From positions 129,437 through 193,436 of the forward strand of contig MNCI01001919.1 in the NCBI GenBank assembly GCA_015680685.1: DNA of 64,000 nt, written 5' to 3'. Both the position numbers and the translations under genes were made by a program. The stretch comes from Gnetum montanum. Its lineage: Eukaryota > Plantae > Gnetophyta. Numbering within the stretch: the first letter of the stretch is position 1; every line of letters starts with the position of its first letter. The notes under the pieces are model-generated. The model was not told the DNA's origin, searched no databases, and worked only from the letters and a program-made list of their open reading frames with translations. This document shows positions 48,396 to 62,690 of the stretch, piece by piece.

Positions 48396-50998
48396 ATAAT
48401 GCTATTTTGATTACCTTTCCTACTCCTCAGTGCTTCCAAACTAGTTCTTAGGATTTTTTATTAAGATGAGGGTTTCTAGGTAGCATGGGAGGGCAAAGAA
48501 GAGTCTATTGATATTTTTATGCTTCCTATATGCTGGCTAGCACATAGTCTCTTCACCTCTAGCATAAAATTCAAGGATTTATGAGCTTCAATATTTTTTG
48601 GCTTGGCCTTTACTATTTTATGGTTATCAAAGGCTCCAACTAGGGTTCAAGGTTGTGATTGACAATTTAGAAGGTCACTTAAGATTTCATATGAGTATTT
48701 TATCTTTGCCTCTCACATAATTAGGCTAGAAAATGTTTTTATCTTGCATACCCAAGAAATCATTAGATAATTTGTTCTACCTATTTTGGACCATTCCCTG
48801 GCCTCTAGAGGTTTCTTGGTATCAGTGCCTAAGGTTCTAGTATGGCATGGAGCTTTGTTGACCACCATGGATTATAGATGAGCTACCAGAGGTGTACTTT
48901 GCCCCTAGTTAAAGCTTGTAACTTGTTCCATCACCCACCTATCTTGCTAAGCATAATTTCCCAACATAAAAATTTTTTGAAATCTTAAATCCTAATGTAC
49001 TAGGCTTTTTCATGTTTTCTTTATTAGTGTGTTATGGGGTCCACTCAAGGTAAAAAGACTATTCAAGTATAGATCTCAAGAAAATATAGTATAATTGGGT
49101 ATTTTTCCTTCTAAGAAATGAGTTCACTGGATGTGATGTGGACATTTTAAGTAGAATAGTTTTCCATTTCAACACACAAGTATATGTTAAGTTCAAGCAT
49201 CTTTATTCATGCAACCTTCCTAAGCTTGGTTTTTAGTAGAGGCAATGCTTAGTATCAAGGCTTGATGGATCTAGGCTTTAAGGTTTAGTAGTTGAGAGCA
49301 TATTTTCACTCTTCTCCCACCCCAAAGGTAGTGCAGTTGTAGAAGAATTGAAGATTTTGCTCTCGTTTTTCAAGATGTCAAAGAGAAGGGGATAGTCTAA
49401 TAAAAACTTCAGATTGGATGAGGCAGATGAGGTTCCAAGGGTCTTCTTCTAACTTTTCAATTATTTTATTAGTGAGGGCCCTTCAGCCATGATGGCTAGG
49501 CACCCACTTTTCACTATTTTTTAATTATTTTTTTGAAATGTGAAGACGTTTTTCTTTAGCCTAGGCTTGCTCATTTGAAAATTTTTGGTTTTTCTTGTAT
49601 CAAATGTTGGCTTTAGGATATATGATTGCATTCTGATTGTAATATTATCTTTAGGGATCTTTTCTATCAACAATTAAATTTTTTCAAGCCCATTCTATGC
49701 ATTTTGGCCCAAATTTTGTTGAAAACTAGCAAAATTATGTTAATTTTTTTATAAGGTTATGGTGCATGATTTGCAGTTTTTGAGTTCATGGGACTATTGT
49801 ACTTGGTCTAGAAATTTCACTAGAGATTAAATAACTATTTTCATAGCTCTTATTAGTGTTTTTTAATATTTTTTATAGACAAGATCATAGTGTTTTCTCT
49901 ATTTTCCCATGATTTTTCCACCTCCAAAGATTAACAGTGTTGGCCTACCGAAGAAATTTTCCTTCTAGCATTCTAGCCCCTTGGGGATTGCTGGGATAGT
50001 GTAGAAGGGCTCAACATAAGATTGGAAATTTTTTCTACAATTTTTCCAAAGGTTTTACTAGAGCTATTTCACTACAAATTAGGTATTTTAAGAAAAAGTC
50101 CAAGTAAATCCAAGTCACAATTTGAATTTTTTTTGGTTATTAGTTCAATGTTGAAATGAAATTTGAGCTAATTTATGATTTTTTGTAATGTCTACAACTA
50201 GAAATTTCTTTTTTAATTTTTTCATGAATTTTTTTCAGCCATTGAACTACTCTATATGGTTGTAGTTTTAGTTCTTGAGCCTACAAGCTTCATAGCCTGC
50301 ATTCACAACATTGGTTAGCTTTTTTGTATTTTTGGAGGGCATCCAAGATCTCTAGAGGTCATTTTAATAATGTAGGAGTGTTCACCAATGTTTTTAATTT
50401 TTTTAAAACTTTCTATAACTTTCCCAAAGTTTTTACTACAACTATTTCACTAGAAACTAGTCTTTCTAGCAAAAATTTCACTAAATTTGAGCTAGAATTT
50501 ACAATATTTAGAACATGGTTAGAATAGTTTTAATTTGTTACATGCTTGTTCCCATTTTTTAGAGCTTGAAATAAAATTTTTTGAATTTTTATGCATTTTT
50601 TTAACTATGGGACTACATTCATTAGTTATAGTTTCTTCTTCTTCTTCTTCTTTTTCTTCTTTTGGTTTTTTTTTCTATTTGGTTAATACTTGATTTTTTA
50701 TAAAAATTTGAATAAGCTCAATTTTATTTTTTTACATGATGAAAGTTAATGAGTTTGGTGAATATTGATGTAATTTTATGTAGCAATGCTAACATTACAC
50801 TTATTATTTTGGCTTTTAAGTGTTGGCAAATTTTGTTTATTGTTATCTTATTTTTTTATGTGTTGGCTATAATGGATACTAATTAACCTTAAGTGTTCCA
50901 TGAGGCGTGTAGGCACTTAGTCTATGGAGTTCTACCAGATCATGCGTGCTATGCTCATATTCGTATGGTTTAGTGTAGGGATTCCTCGCCACTCATCA
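48396..50998 (+). repeat. Probable 5' LTR of an Athila-type element (3' end firm, 5' start uncertain)
   Basis: Ends CATCA one nt before a PBS. T-rich and non-coding, with an internal ~370 bp degenerate repeat (50030-50270 vs 50405-50630). Begins where the Tekay homology stops. Confidence 0.45.
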
Positions 50999-50999
50999 T

Positions 51000-51017
51000 T
51001 GGCGCTGTTGCCAAGGA
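51000..51017 (+). promoter_or_regulatory. Primer-binding site (tRNA-Asp type, Athila)
   Basis: TGGCGCTGTTGCCAAGGA vs the canonical TGGCGCCGTTGCCGGGGA. Confidence 0.85.
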
Positions 51018-51140
51018 CTAAGTGTTTGAGCGCTAAGTAGAACATAGGAGATCACTCACATCGTTGGGAGCTTAAAAAAAGCTTAGGGTTAATTAAAAGA
51101 AAAATTATATAATGGTTAAGCAGCACACCGAATAATAAAC

Positions 51141-54100
51141 ATGTCTTCTTATTCTCACAAGAGCATTACACCACCTAGGGACCATACAAGAAACAGTTGG
51201 CAGTCTAAAACACATAACCAAAATGAGCCAGTTCCTCAACAATATAGGATGGTATATACTCATCCCAATGAGTACATATCCAACTTTACTTTTATCCTTC
51301 ATCAGGATGAACAAATGCGCTGGAGAGACTTGCAAGGTAACATAGTGTTACCTCCAGATCGTGCAATCTCTAACATGCTTCTCCGTGCTTTGGCATAGAT
51401 AAGAATGACAGAATTATATGTTGAATACGTTGCAGTAGATTTTAACACAAGGGATTATCATCCCACAGAAGCACAACATCTTAGGGACTCAAGGTAGGAG
51501 ATCCATCATACATTGTTGAAGGGAAAAGGGCTCTCGCACATCCTAAGTGAAATTGGAAATGGTGAACCACTTATAATGGGTTCTCCATCAAATGATGTTC
51601 CCCCTCCTAAAAATAGTGAGGAGGTGGGGTATCAGAACCTTTGCTCCATGATACACAACCTTGGTTCTGATCCCCATGAAAGCCAAGTATTCACGGAGGG
51701 AACAACAACACATGACAAGGATGGACACTCAAATCATCATCATGATCATGGCCATGTACACAGAAGAGAAGGTAGGAAACATTTTCATGGTGATGGTTCT
51801 CCTTCTTCTTCCCCTTCATCTCATCATTCACCCTCTCTTTCCACATCAGGGCGTAGTCACCAAGAGCATAACGGTGAGGATAAAGGTAAGAGAAATGAGA
51901 GACCTCGACGAGAGAGTCGAGAGAGAGGATGAGGGCAATCAAGAGAATAAAGGCATGAATGAAGGAAAAGTAGGGAACAATGTAGACATCATAGACGTCA
52001 TGAAAAAGATGATCATGACAAACCCCTACTTGCCATCCAAAGCATGCTAGATATTATGGAGGTAGTGAGAATACCAACAAGGTATCAAAAGTATAGTCAG
52101 ATCAAGCGCTTAGACATGAACAATATTCCATAATTTGAAGGGGGATACAATGCGGATCTGAAAAATCATTTATAGGCATTCCATGATGCCTGAACCTTGC
52201 AGAACATAGATAATAAGTGGTAGAAACTAAAGTTATTTCCCAGGACACTCATAAAGGAAGCAGAGAGTTGGTACCGGTCCTTAGAACCGGAAACCATTAG
52301 GAGGTGGAGTATGATGTTAGAACTCTTCAATGATAAATATCAAATGTACTCCAGAGTGTCTAATTTGTGTAAGCAGATCCAAGGATGGAAGCAAGGTACT
52401 CATGAACTCTTGGAAGTTGCCATGGGCTGCTACTACGCATTATTACATTGTTGCCCAGGCCATGGTTATGCAGAGCAGGATCAACTTCACCATCTCATAG
52501 ATGGCCTAAGGTATGAAACTAGGAGAACCCTTGGGACTTATGCCCAAGGGAGATTATTAGAACTTAGATCCCATGAAATTCATTGCTTCTTGGAATAATT
52601 AGCTAAATAATAAGGGGAGCTAAGAAAAAGAGAGAGTGGGGAAGAATATAATCGTGATCCTTCCCTTCGAAAGAGGGGAGTAAGATTTTGTGATGAAGAG
52701 GATGAGTCGCCACTCGAAGAGTTTTTGAACAGAAAAACCTTGCCACTTTAGAAACTAACAATGTAAGTATCATCCAAGGTAGATAAAATATGGAGCTCCT
52801 TAGATAGTAAAATTGAAATTGTCCTAAATATTGTAGAGGATTCTAAGGAGGAATGAAGTAGTGATAAGGACAAGAAAAAGCGGAGAGATTTAGGCCCTAC
52901 ACATGACAAGGGTAAGGAAAAAATAACTATCTCTGATGAGGTTGTGGATTCAGACACAAACAATGATGGTGGATGTGAGATCTACCAATATGACCATCCT
53001 AAGGGATGTTGTCCAATCATCTCACATCTACAAGAGTCTAGGGTGTATGCACTCAACCCGAGACTTAATAGACAGAAGACACCCCGAAGGTTACCTTTTC
53101 CCCAAGGTAACCCAAGGTAGTTCCACCAATCGTTGACATACTATCCAAGTGGAACTCCACCACAATCCATTAGACAACATCAGCAGTAGCAATACCCACA
53201 GTCATGGGGGATGCCACCACCCAGGAAATAGTACCCTTACAGGCAACCAGACCCATATGGCTACTACGTGCAGCAGCCGATTTCTCCAAGTGACTCCATG
53301 GGTCACACAACTCCCCAATGTCACTACCAAGTTCGGGAGTACTTTAGAAGGACTCCTTCTCCTTTGGGAGATTCTCCATACCCATACCATCCTCCAAATC
53401 CATTTGCACCTCTTCCACTAGTAGTTCCCATACCTCCTGCTCCAAAAATGCAAGGCGAACTCCCCACTCAACTACAATAACGTAACGCTACGAGAGCCTT
53501 AACTATTCAACACATTGCTAGTTCTAAAAACTACAATAAGAGAATACCTTTCTTCAGAACCAAAAGCCCAAACAAGTTCTCACAAACACAAGCGGTTGAG
53601 TCTAGGTATGCTCCTCCAACACATAAGGCTTTGAAGCACCCTTCAGTCCAACAACAAAGCTTAACACATACGATTATGTTAACACATATTTTAACTGACT
53701 GGATCAAGGTAGGCCACATTCCCAGAAAACTATCGAACCCTGGAAGTTGCTTAATCTACCTCCAAGTTGCTGGGAATGAACCTCATAAGGCTCTTCTTGA
53801 CTCAGGTTCTGGAGTCAACTTAATATCACGAGAAATGTATCAAGCCTGGAACCTGCCCCAACTTAAGAAGAGCAATATCCAACTAGAGTTGGCTGACCAG
53901 TCCATCATCATTCCCTTGGGATTGGTGGAAGACATTGTTACCACTGTGTATGGTTGGTCCTACCCAACTGATTTCTTGGTGATAGAAGTTAACAAGACTG
54001 AAGGGGACTTCCCAATTATAATGGGAAGCGCATGGCTAAGCACAATAGATGCATGCCTAGGGATTCATGATATTTTCTTGGAGATATCTAAGGTAAATAT

Positions 54101-54239
54101 TTATGGAAAGATTGAGAAGAAGAAAGTTCCATGCATTACATACAGTGACTCAAAGTGTGATGACATGGAGGAATGCTCAGCATCCCTTCCATGCAACTGT
54201 GTGCCCAAGAAACACAAATACAAAGGTGCCTGTATGTAG
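51141..54239 (+). pseudogene. gag: Athila-type gag-protease (no RT downstream)
   Basis: KLKLFPRTLIKEAESWYRSLEPETIRRWSMMLELFNDKY (gag). KLSNPGS...ALLDSGSGVNL...LELADQS...PTDFLV...PIIMGSAWLST (Athila-like protease). Confidence 0.85.
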
Positions 54240-55149
54240 CAACCACACAAGTAGTGGACACCCCGTAATTGAAAGCTACTAGAAAGAGCAACCCATCAAC
54301 ATGCATGGATCGAACTGGGGAAACAACCCATGCTCGTAATGAAGGCATAGACACATTGGAATATGAGCATTGCCAACTTCCACCCCTTAATCTAAGAACA
54401 TCAATTGGGAGAAGTTGGACACTTCTAAGAAATTCAAATAAACGTTCATTATTTTGGATCTCTCCCTTTCCATTTAGTCATGGGAGCGATGGCCACCTAT
54501 TCTAATCATTTGGGGCCCTCAGTTCTTTTAAGTTTTTATTTTATACATTTTTTTTACACATTTTTTTTTACAAATTTCTTTAAATTTTCTTGTTTTTGTT
54601 TTACAACATCATTATACTTTTTCATGTTTTGGTGTGTATGTGTGTTATCCACCTTGTAAGTTTGTCATCCAATAATTGTTCTTCATGATGGTATGAACTA
54701 TTTTTATATTAATTTCTAATGTTTGGTTTTTACCTTTAATTTATGATGTTGATACTAAGGTATGGTTCTTTTGATATAGTAGGCAATGAGTTCACTTCAT
54801 CCATACATCTACAATTTTCTATGGTCTCTCTCAGCTTGGAAATGTACAGTCCCTTTCTAATAAGAACTATAACGAATTGGTGATTGGGTATTTCTCCAAC
54901 TAAGGAAGGACTCAAGGATTGAAAAGGGTGTGAATTCAAGGGAACTTGATGCATTTGTGTTGGCTTTTCTCTTGGGTGCTTGGATGTTTTCTTCTTGAGT
55001 TTTCTTACCGTTTCGACGTCACTCAATTATCAGGAAGCTGAGCTAATTAAAATAACAAAGTCTTTACATGGTATGGTTCTCACACATAAACATATAAAAC
55101 AAAAAAAAGGAAGAAAGTCATGTGAACTAATTATCAATCTTGAAGATGC

Positions 55150-58100
55150 ATATGAAAGATTAGGCATTATCATACTACATAATTTCTTCACCTTAATTCT
55201 TTTTACATTTATCAAGGTGCTCAAAAATTATTCTCATATGGATGTCACCATGGTGATGAAAAGTAAAAATAAGGAGTTGATTTCATGGTTGTTCATGGAA
55301 GCCTTCACCAAATCAAAGAAAATCCATCATGAATATTTTTGAAATAAATTAGTATATTAATGTAAATCAAAAGGAATGGAATAGAGTTGAGGTTGAATAC
55401 ATGGCATAATCCATAATGTATGTAGTGTTGCAACACTAAAGATTCAAAAATAACATTATACATTTAGAGTCATCTATTAATTTATTCAAGGTGTTAGTAT
55501 AGAAGAACCCCATGGAAGAGATACCAATTAATAAACATGCTTGGAAATATTTTGAAAATATAAATCTAAATGAATATTTAGCTCTAATCAAAGACATGAT
55601 GAATACAGGCCTCAGCTAGATCTCAAAGATAAATGCCTTTTTTGTAAGTAATGATCTATTGTGCAATTTAATGTACATGAATTACACCATGTTGGGATAT
55701 TACTTCAAAGTTGAAGCCTATAGTATAATTCTAAGGAATAATAAGATAGTATTTAAATCTATTTTGTCACAACATAAGGTATTATACAAAGATATAACAT
55801 TAGAAAAAATAAAGGAGATGTTGAAGGTGCACTAAAGCTAGAAAAGATTCAATCACAAGAATTATCTACACTATACTAAATAAGAGATACTATGGACTTA
55901 AGCATAGAAGAAAATTTAGCAAAATGATTACAGAAATTGATGATATGGAACATTGAGTTATAGGTTCATAATTTGATAAGGCATAATAAGATCTTTAAAC
56001 TTTATGATGAAATTGTGAATTTCTACAACCATATGAAGGATTTTACTCTATAGAATAATGGTTTAATAGAGAAATTTAACATGGAGAAAAAGACGCTAAA
56101 AGTCACAATGTGTTATTTACAAGAACATATTGTTACCAATAGTTTCATATCCCATTATGCATATCTATTAAGATTTACTTCAAGGATTATAAAATTTAGT
56201 ATGGTTCCACCATAATACCATCATCACTCTTAGATATTTTTAGTAAGGCCAAAAAATAGTTCAAATAGTCTACTAAATATAAGGTAAAAGAAAAATCATA
56301 GGATATTCTTTCACCACCTTTAAGTGCTTCTACAATTCCAAAAGATTCCATTGAAATGGATTCACTCACAAAAATACAATAATCATTAGCTAATATTTTT
56401 AATAATCTTATAAGTGAATATATAGACTCTTTTATTGATTGATGATCAATTTTTTTTGTTGTTAATCTTAATCCAATTGTAATCTCTCTCATTTTATGAT
56501 GAAATTAATTAATCTTTAATTTACCATGATAGCATAGGTTTCTTTCCTATAGTTTACAAACTTGTTAAGTTACAAAATATTTTTAAGGAGATATTTATCC
56601 CTAAGATCTCTAGTCATTTTCCCTCGTGTTTCAAGAATTGCTTAAAAATGATCAAAATGAGTTACAACATTCATTTAGAAAATATACATTACTTAATATT
56701 ATATTTTATTAACTCCTCTTTACATTACTAGTTAGATAATCTATTGGTAATTCTTAGGCCTTATGGTTCTCATTTTTTAAATGTAATTTTATCTTGGAAT
56801 TTCACTCAAAAACATTACTCCACACCATTCATTGGGCCTATAATCTCTAATTTTTGCAGTTTTGTGAAGACTAGTCATGATGTAATGATCTTTTACACTT
56901 CATCTATGTAAATTCATGGATTTGATTATATCTAGCACAACAACATTATTGTTAACTCTATGTTAAGCTTAAGGGATGTTATTGAAGATTTGATATATTC
57001 TAGTAAGCTTAACATGCTAGTTTATGTCTATATATAATCACATTATAAAAATTAGTGTACAATATCATGATATGCAATATCATCTATGGTGTATGTATCA
57101 ACTTAGTTGTGCTTAATTAAGTTTATTAACTAATAATAACTAATCATTGTGTTTGTTCATTTTATAGTTATGAATATTCCATTATAACTATATAAGTGAT
57201 GATTCTAGTATAATATTAATATACAATATAACACAAAAAAATATGTAATACAATGTAAAACATAGTATTTATATTATAATAGAGATACTTGGTTGCCTTA
57301 TTTTTCTTTATTACTTTTTAGTTTATGTTCTTATGTTTAACATGTATAACATTGTGAATTTTATTTATGTCATGGTTCATGTTTTTCTCAATTACAATAG
57401 TCATGAAATTATTTCTTTCATATCCTAGATTTGGTGATTAACATCATTAAACTTTAACAATAAGCACATTATAAAAGCCAAAGCAACATAATATATAAAT
57501 CATCATCATGATAAACTAACTCTTCCTTGATAACTTGCCAAGGTCACACACAAAAATTTTTAAATAATAAACATAATATAATATTCAAAGCCTATGAAAT
57601 AGGTGTAACAAGCTTTCTTTGATGTCCCCATTCCCAAATGATGCTGCTACATAACAAAGATGGTGCATCTTCATAACAGGTGTTATCATTATCATAACAA
57701 AATCAGAAAGGGCATGTTGTAATTAAGACTCAATAGGGCATATTGTAATAATATACATGTCTCTTGAGGTGAACTTTGGGGGTTTAACCTAAATCATTTA
57801 TACCTGAGCTTGGAGGTCATGCCAACAAGAAATAGTAGAGTTGATACAGGTGAGTCATGAGAGTTACGTGAAGTGGAACAAGAAGTGGACTAGCCATCCT
57901 TTCTGGCTGGTTGTAGGCCTAACCATGATGGTGGTACTGGATTGCCTCTAAGGGATAGATTTTGAAAGAAGAAAATCCCAAGGAACACTATCAAAGCATG
58001 ATCCAAATACACTACTCCATATTAATAAGGCCTTATTTTCTTTCTCTTGCTACATTTTTCCTATTATTTCCTTTATGGATAATGTTGAATGTTACATATA

Positions 58101-61100
58101 TTTGATGTTTGGTATATTATCTTCTCATGCATAATGTGTAATATAACATATATTTGACATTTTCCATGACATCTGGGTATGGGATGTCATACTTTCACTC
58201 CTCCATCGATCCTTTCTAGATCCTAGTTTGATGAGATGAGCATTGAGCCTTTGGATGATGATCCTTTAGTTTTGTTGATGTTAATTAAGGATTTTCCCTA
58301 TCTCCTACTTTATTTGGACTTTTTATTAATAATCATGAAGAATTAATGCTTATAGTAACAACTAATTTTGTGATCATAATTATAAGTAGCCCTATCAAAC
58401 TCTTACTCTTTACTAATGATGTTGTCTTAATTTCAAATTTAATGAAAATGTTTTAGCAAATTGTTCATACTCGTAATGAATTTTATCAACATTGGAAAAT
58501 GAAATTTAATATTTTTTAAAATATATATATAATTATTTTTGGTATACATAATAAGATGTATAATTTTACTATAGGATATGAACACATGGATATCTTTTTT
58601 CTTACAAATATCTTTTCCTAGAATTCTACTAAAATAAAGAAAATAAGATCAATGCATTAGTCAAAGAGTTTCAAGTGGTATAAAAGCCTTATTTTATTTA
58701 AAAATAGAACATAAGGAGGAATCTATTCTAGCTTGAAATATCCAACAATAACTTTATCATGGCATTATTCCATATAATATTCTTTATAGTTATGTTGTAT
58801 TAGCTTCTACTCTATTAAATATGTATCAGAAATAAATAAAAGAGATTTTAAAGCTTTTTTTTCTTGATTAATTTAACATAAAGAGATAAACATAATATAA
58901 TATTATGCTTCTTTAAGTAGTGATGATATCATTCAAGGTTAAAGCTATTTGTCAATTTATAGCTTACACTCATTATCATTTTGGATTTTCATTAGATAAC
59001 TACTCAAAAAAAAGTAGTGATGGAAACTCATAATAAAGTATGACAGTATGATAGAGATCTGTTACCTAATAAATGAAATATTTAATATTTCATTATTTAT
59101 TCTAATTCTATGCATGTTTGAAAATCTGTAAAGTAAGTAGTATTTTAAAAACTTTAGAAAAATGTAGGAGAAAAAAATTATTTGAATTGTATCAAGGAAG
59201 GTATTACTTCAAAGGCTAACTATTTATTTGTTGTTATTCCTCATCATTATGCTTCAAAATTAGGAGATCATGAATAAGATCTCATCATCTAAAAGTTGAA
59301 ATAGATAGATGGCTCAAAATTCTTTGTTAAAAATGAATATTTTAACTCTATAATGTAAATAACATTGAAGATGAATACCATATTTTCTTATAATTTTTTT
59401 CATTAAAGAATATTAAACATAGATGGAATATTAAAATTGAGAATTTGATTGATTTGTTCCACATGTTACAAAGTACACGTAGTCATTTTTTTAATGATTT
59501 TTTCAAAACTTATAACATATGTATTTCTAGTATCAAAATAGATCTATATAGTTTATGAACATAATAAAATTTCAATTTCAATGTTAGTTTCATAAACTTG
59601 CTTTAGAAAACCTAATAATCTTTTATATAATTACCCTAAAGTGAAAATATCTTACAAGCAATGAAGGAATATCTCAAAGGAATAAGACCTAACAAATAAC
59701 AACAAATAAATGGAAGGAAAACTAATGAGAATTTGTAGGAAACTATTTCAACTATGTACTATTGTTTAATGGTATCAATATCTAGTTCCATAAGCCATTC
59801 CACTAATTCAACATACCCTTTTACTATTTGCAACTCACAAAGCTTGAAAGAATACAAGGTTATCTTCTTATGTGAAATTCATAAATCCTAATATATAAAA
59901 ACGTGATAATATTATGATGAATAATATCAAAGAAATAATACAAGGAAATAAATTATATTATTCACATTTATTTCTGTTCTAAAGTAATTGATAAATATTA
60001 AAAAATAGTAGAAAATTAACCTAGCAATTTTATTCCATCTTCTAACTTACTCAACAATCTCAAACAATTCATTATAATTCTTTTTATGTGCTAGCAATTT
60101 AGGTTTATGAGGAGACTGAAGAACATATCTTTTCCTCTATTCTTTTTTTGTGTTTCACGTAATGCTAATATTACATTTGTTTTTATGCCAACAATCAACT
60201 CTTTCTAGCAATCAATTTATGTTATGCATGTCATTGAAATTAACTTATGATTTTTTTTAATCATTAAGCAATTATTTCTTCTCGTAAGCTAAGGTTTAGC
60301 TTCAAAAATAATTATTACTATAAGAACCAAAATTTTGTTCATTAAAAGTCTCAATAAACATAAATTCAAGTATTAAATGAAGAGGCCAACAAGTCCTCAA
60401 GAGAACTAGAAATAAGGAGGCATTGATATCCATCCTGAAGTAATTTATTTTAATAAAGCATACATTTACTTTATTCTATAAATTGATATTACGACTTAGA
60501 GTAAAAGTTGTATATGTGTGTGCATCTTTATTTTTCTTAAATAGAAGAAAATAAAAAGCAAGTTGTAGTTATAAGACATCCCTGGCCGTATATCTTTATC
60601 ATGAATGGAGTACAAGCATGTAAGCTTGAAATATGTACATGTTATCACTTTAGTTTATATGCAATTAGTTTTTGAAATTTTGGTGTTAATTATAGGATTG
60701 ATAAGAATGTTTCTTTGGAGAGACCTGATCTATTCAAGATAGCATACCAAAGGGAAAATATAACATGTAGAAATGTATATACAAAATAAGTGATGATAGC
60801 TATGCATTTGTAATTATGTTACCACTTTATTTTTATTTTGATTAGTATTTAATATTAATTCATTTTAATATAATTAGTTTCTTGTTATTTTATTATTTAT
60901 GTAAGAAAAAGTTGAAGTTGAGATTAAGAGAGACCCTAGTATAGCTATCATAGGGTTGGATGATGTTGTTACATTTGCTAAAGATGATATACCAAGCTGA
61001 GTACTAGGTATGGATCTTGGTATTATCCAAGGCAAACTCTAAGCTAAGCATGATCTTATTAGTTAAAAGAAGTATTAGGAGGTAAAATCAAAGATGACAA

Positions 61101-62690
61101 CACTTGAATATCAACTTCTCAAAGTTGAACAAGATTGTGCAAAGACTTAAGTTGCCTTGGAAAAGAATATACCTAAATCAACTACAGTTAAAGAATTCAA
61201 GGCTAAAATACATGAGTAGCTTCAATCTTAGACCTGATATTTAATATCCTTTTTTATGGAGCAATTTCTTAATAAGATTTGAATATTATTTTATTTTGTG
61301 ATAACTATTTATTATCCAAATCATTATCAAGTATTTTTTATATGTACTTAAATTAATAAATTAAATTATTTACTTACTATTTCCTAAGACACCTAGTTCT
61401 AGTAATAGCTTTTTCCACATACTTACCAATTTTAACTCTCCTAATAGTATGAATGATTCAATTCTAGAAAAGCTAGAATTGAAACATTTCCCATAACCTT
61501 AGCCTCAAATAAGAGTAGAAGGGATAATTTAATATGTTTTACTTTGAGGATATCTAACGATTCTTAAGGTATTATTTATCCATCAATTTTTTCAACTTCT
61601 AATATGCCTTTTTATGTTGGAAATAGTATGTAGAGTGTTATCAAGAGGAAAATCATAAATAAGACAAGTAAGAAGAAGAAAGAAATGTATAAAAAATATA
61701 CATATCAATTTTAATTAGATTATTCTATGTATAATGTGGATGTATGTATGTATGAAATTAGTGCAAAGATGTACAAGGATAGATGTTGAGACATCAACTA
61801 TACATTTACTATTTAAGAGATACCACTATTGCTAAGGATTATATACTTCTTCTTGAACATGAATCTGGATCAATCTCTTATCCAAAAGTATTGGGAGTTC
61901 TATAAATCTTTATGTAGAACATGAACTAGATAAATATATTATCATTATTAGGAGCAGTGACATGAAGTTGTTTCAAATGTTGTGTTATGAAATTTCATGA
62001 CCTCACTCAATGATTTATTTAAATAGAGAATGATGGAAGATTATGTATAGATTCCTAGCCCTAAATGAATGCAAATTAATTTTATATTTACTTTTGTTAC
62101 ATATTTCCTTGATTATCATACATCAACATTTATTATGCATTTCAAATATTATTTGATATACTTTATTTTTGGTTGTCATAACTATGTAATATTTTTCTAA
62201 TTCATTCAATTATAATTTTTAATTATAAGATAAGGTAGAAAAGCCATGAGACACTTTCACTATTATTGATAGGATACTCCATTTAACTTTTGGTGTGTGA
62301 AAATTGATATTAGAGCATATAGTTTTGTGTTATTGTTTCTATTGGACATGATGCAATTTTTTGTTCATTTATGATTGATTTGAGGGTGTACATTGTATTT
62401 TTATTTTTATTTTTTTGACTAGCTATGACTAATAGTGATACCACTATTCCATTTTCATAATGATCAAACTCTTATTTATCTTGGTGGTTATGATTTTTCA
62501 TTAATTGTAATATGATTTACATTAATTTAAGCTTAAAGGTCTTTCCTTTACTTTCTCTAAATATCCTAGGTGAAAATTAGTTTTTAAATTTTTTTTTATT
62601 CTAATATTTTAGAAACATTAATTATAAGAGTTTAGTCATCCTTAGCTAAAAATAAATTGAAACACTCAATTTTTAAACAACTACATAGTG
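55150..62690 (+). mobile_element. Highly decayed CACTA (En/Spm)-like element; left end not found
   Basis: TAGTG at 62686-62690 lies exactly where homology of the neighbouring env-like ORF stops. Weak NY..W..HG(D)E-like remnant near 55230. TnpA-like exons at 60560-61240. Confidence 0.4.
60560..61240 (+). pseudogene. CACTA ORF2/TnpA-like (Transposase_24-type) remnant with introns
   Basis: VSLERPDLFKIAYQREN and RDPSIAIIGLDDVVTFAKDDIPS*VLGMDLG...EVKSKMTTLEYQL resemble the R..LF..H.RK and DDA...E.PGRVRG.G.G motifs. AT-rich GT..AG intervals lie between them. Confidence 0.45.

Noticed and set aside
48818-48830. tRNA-Met PBS-like TGGTATCAGTGCC
   Set aside because: It is not preceded by an LTR-ending CA and no gag follows.
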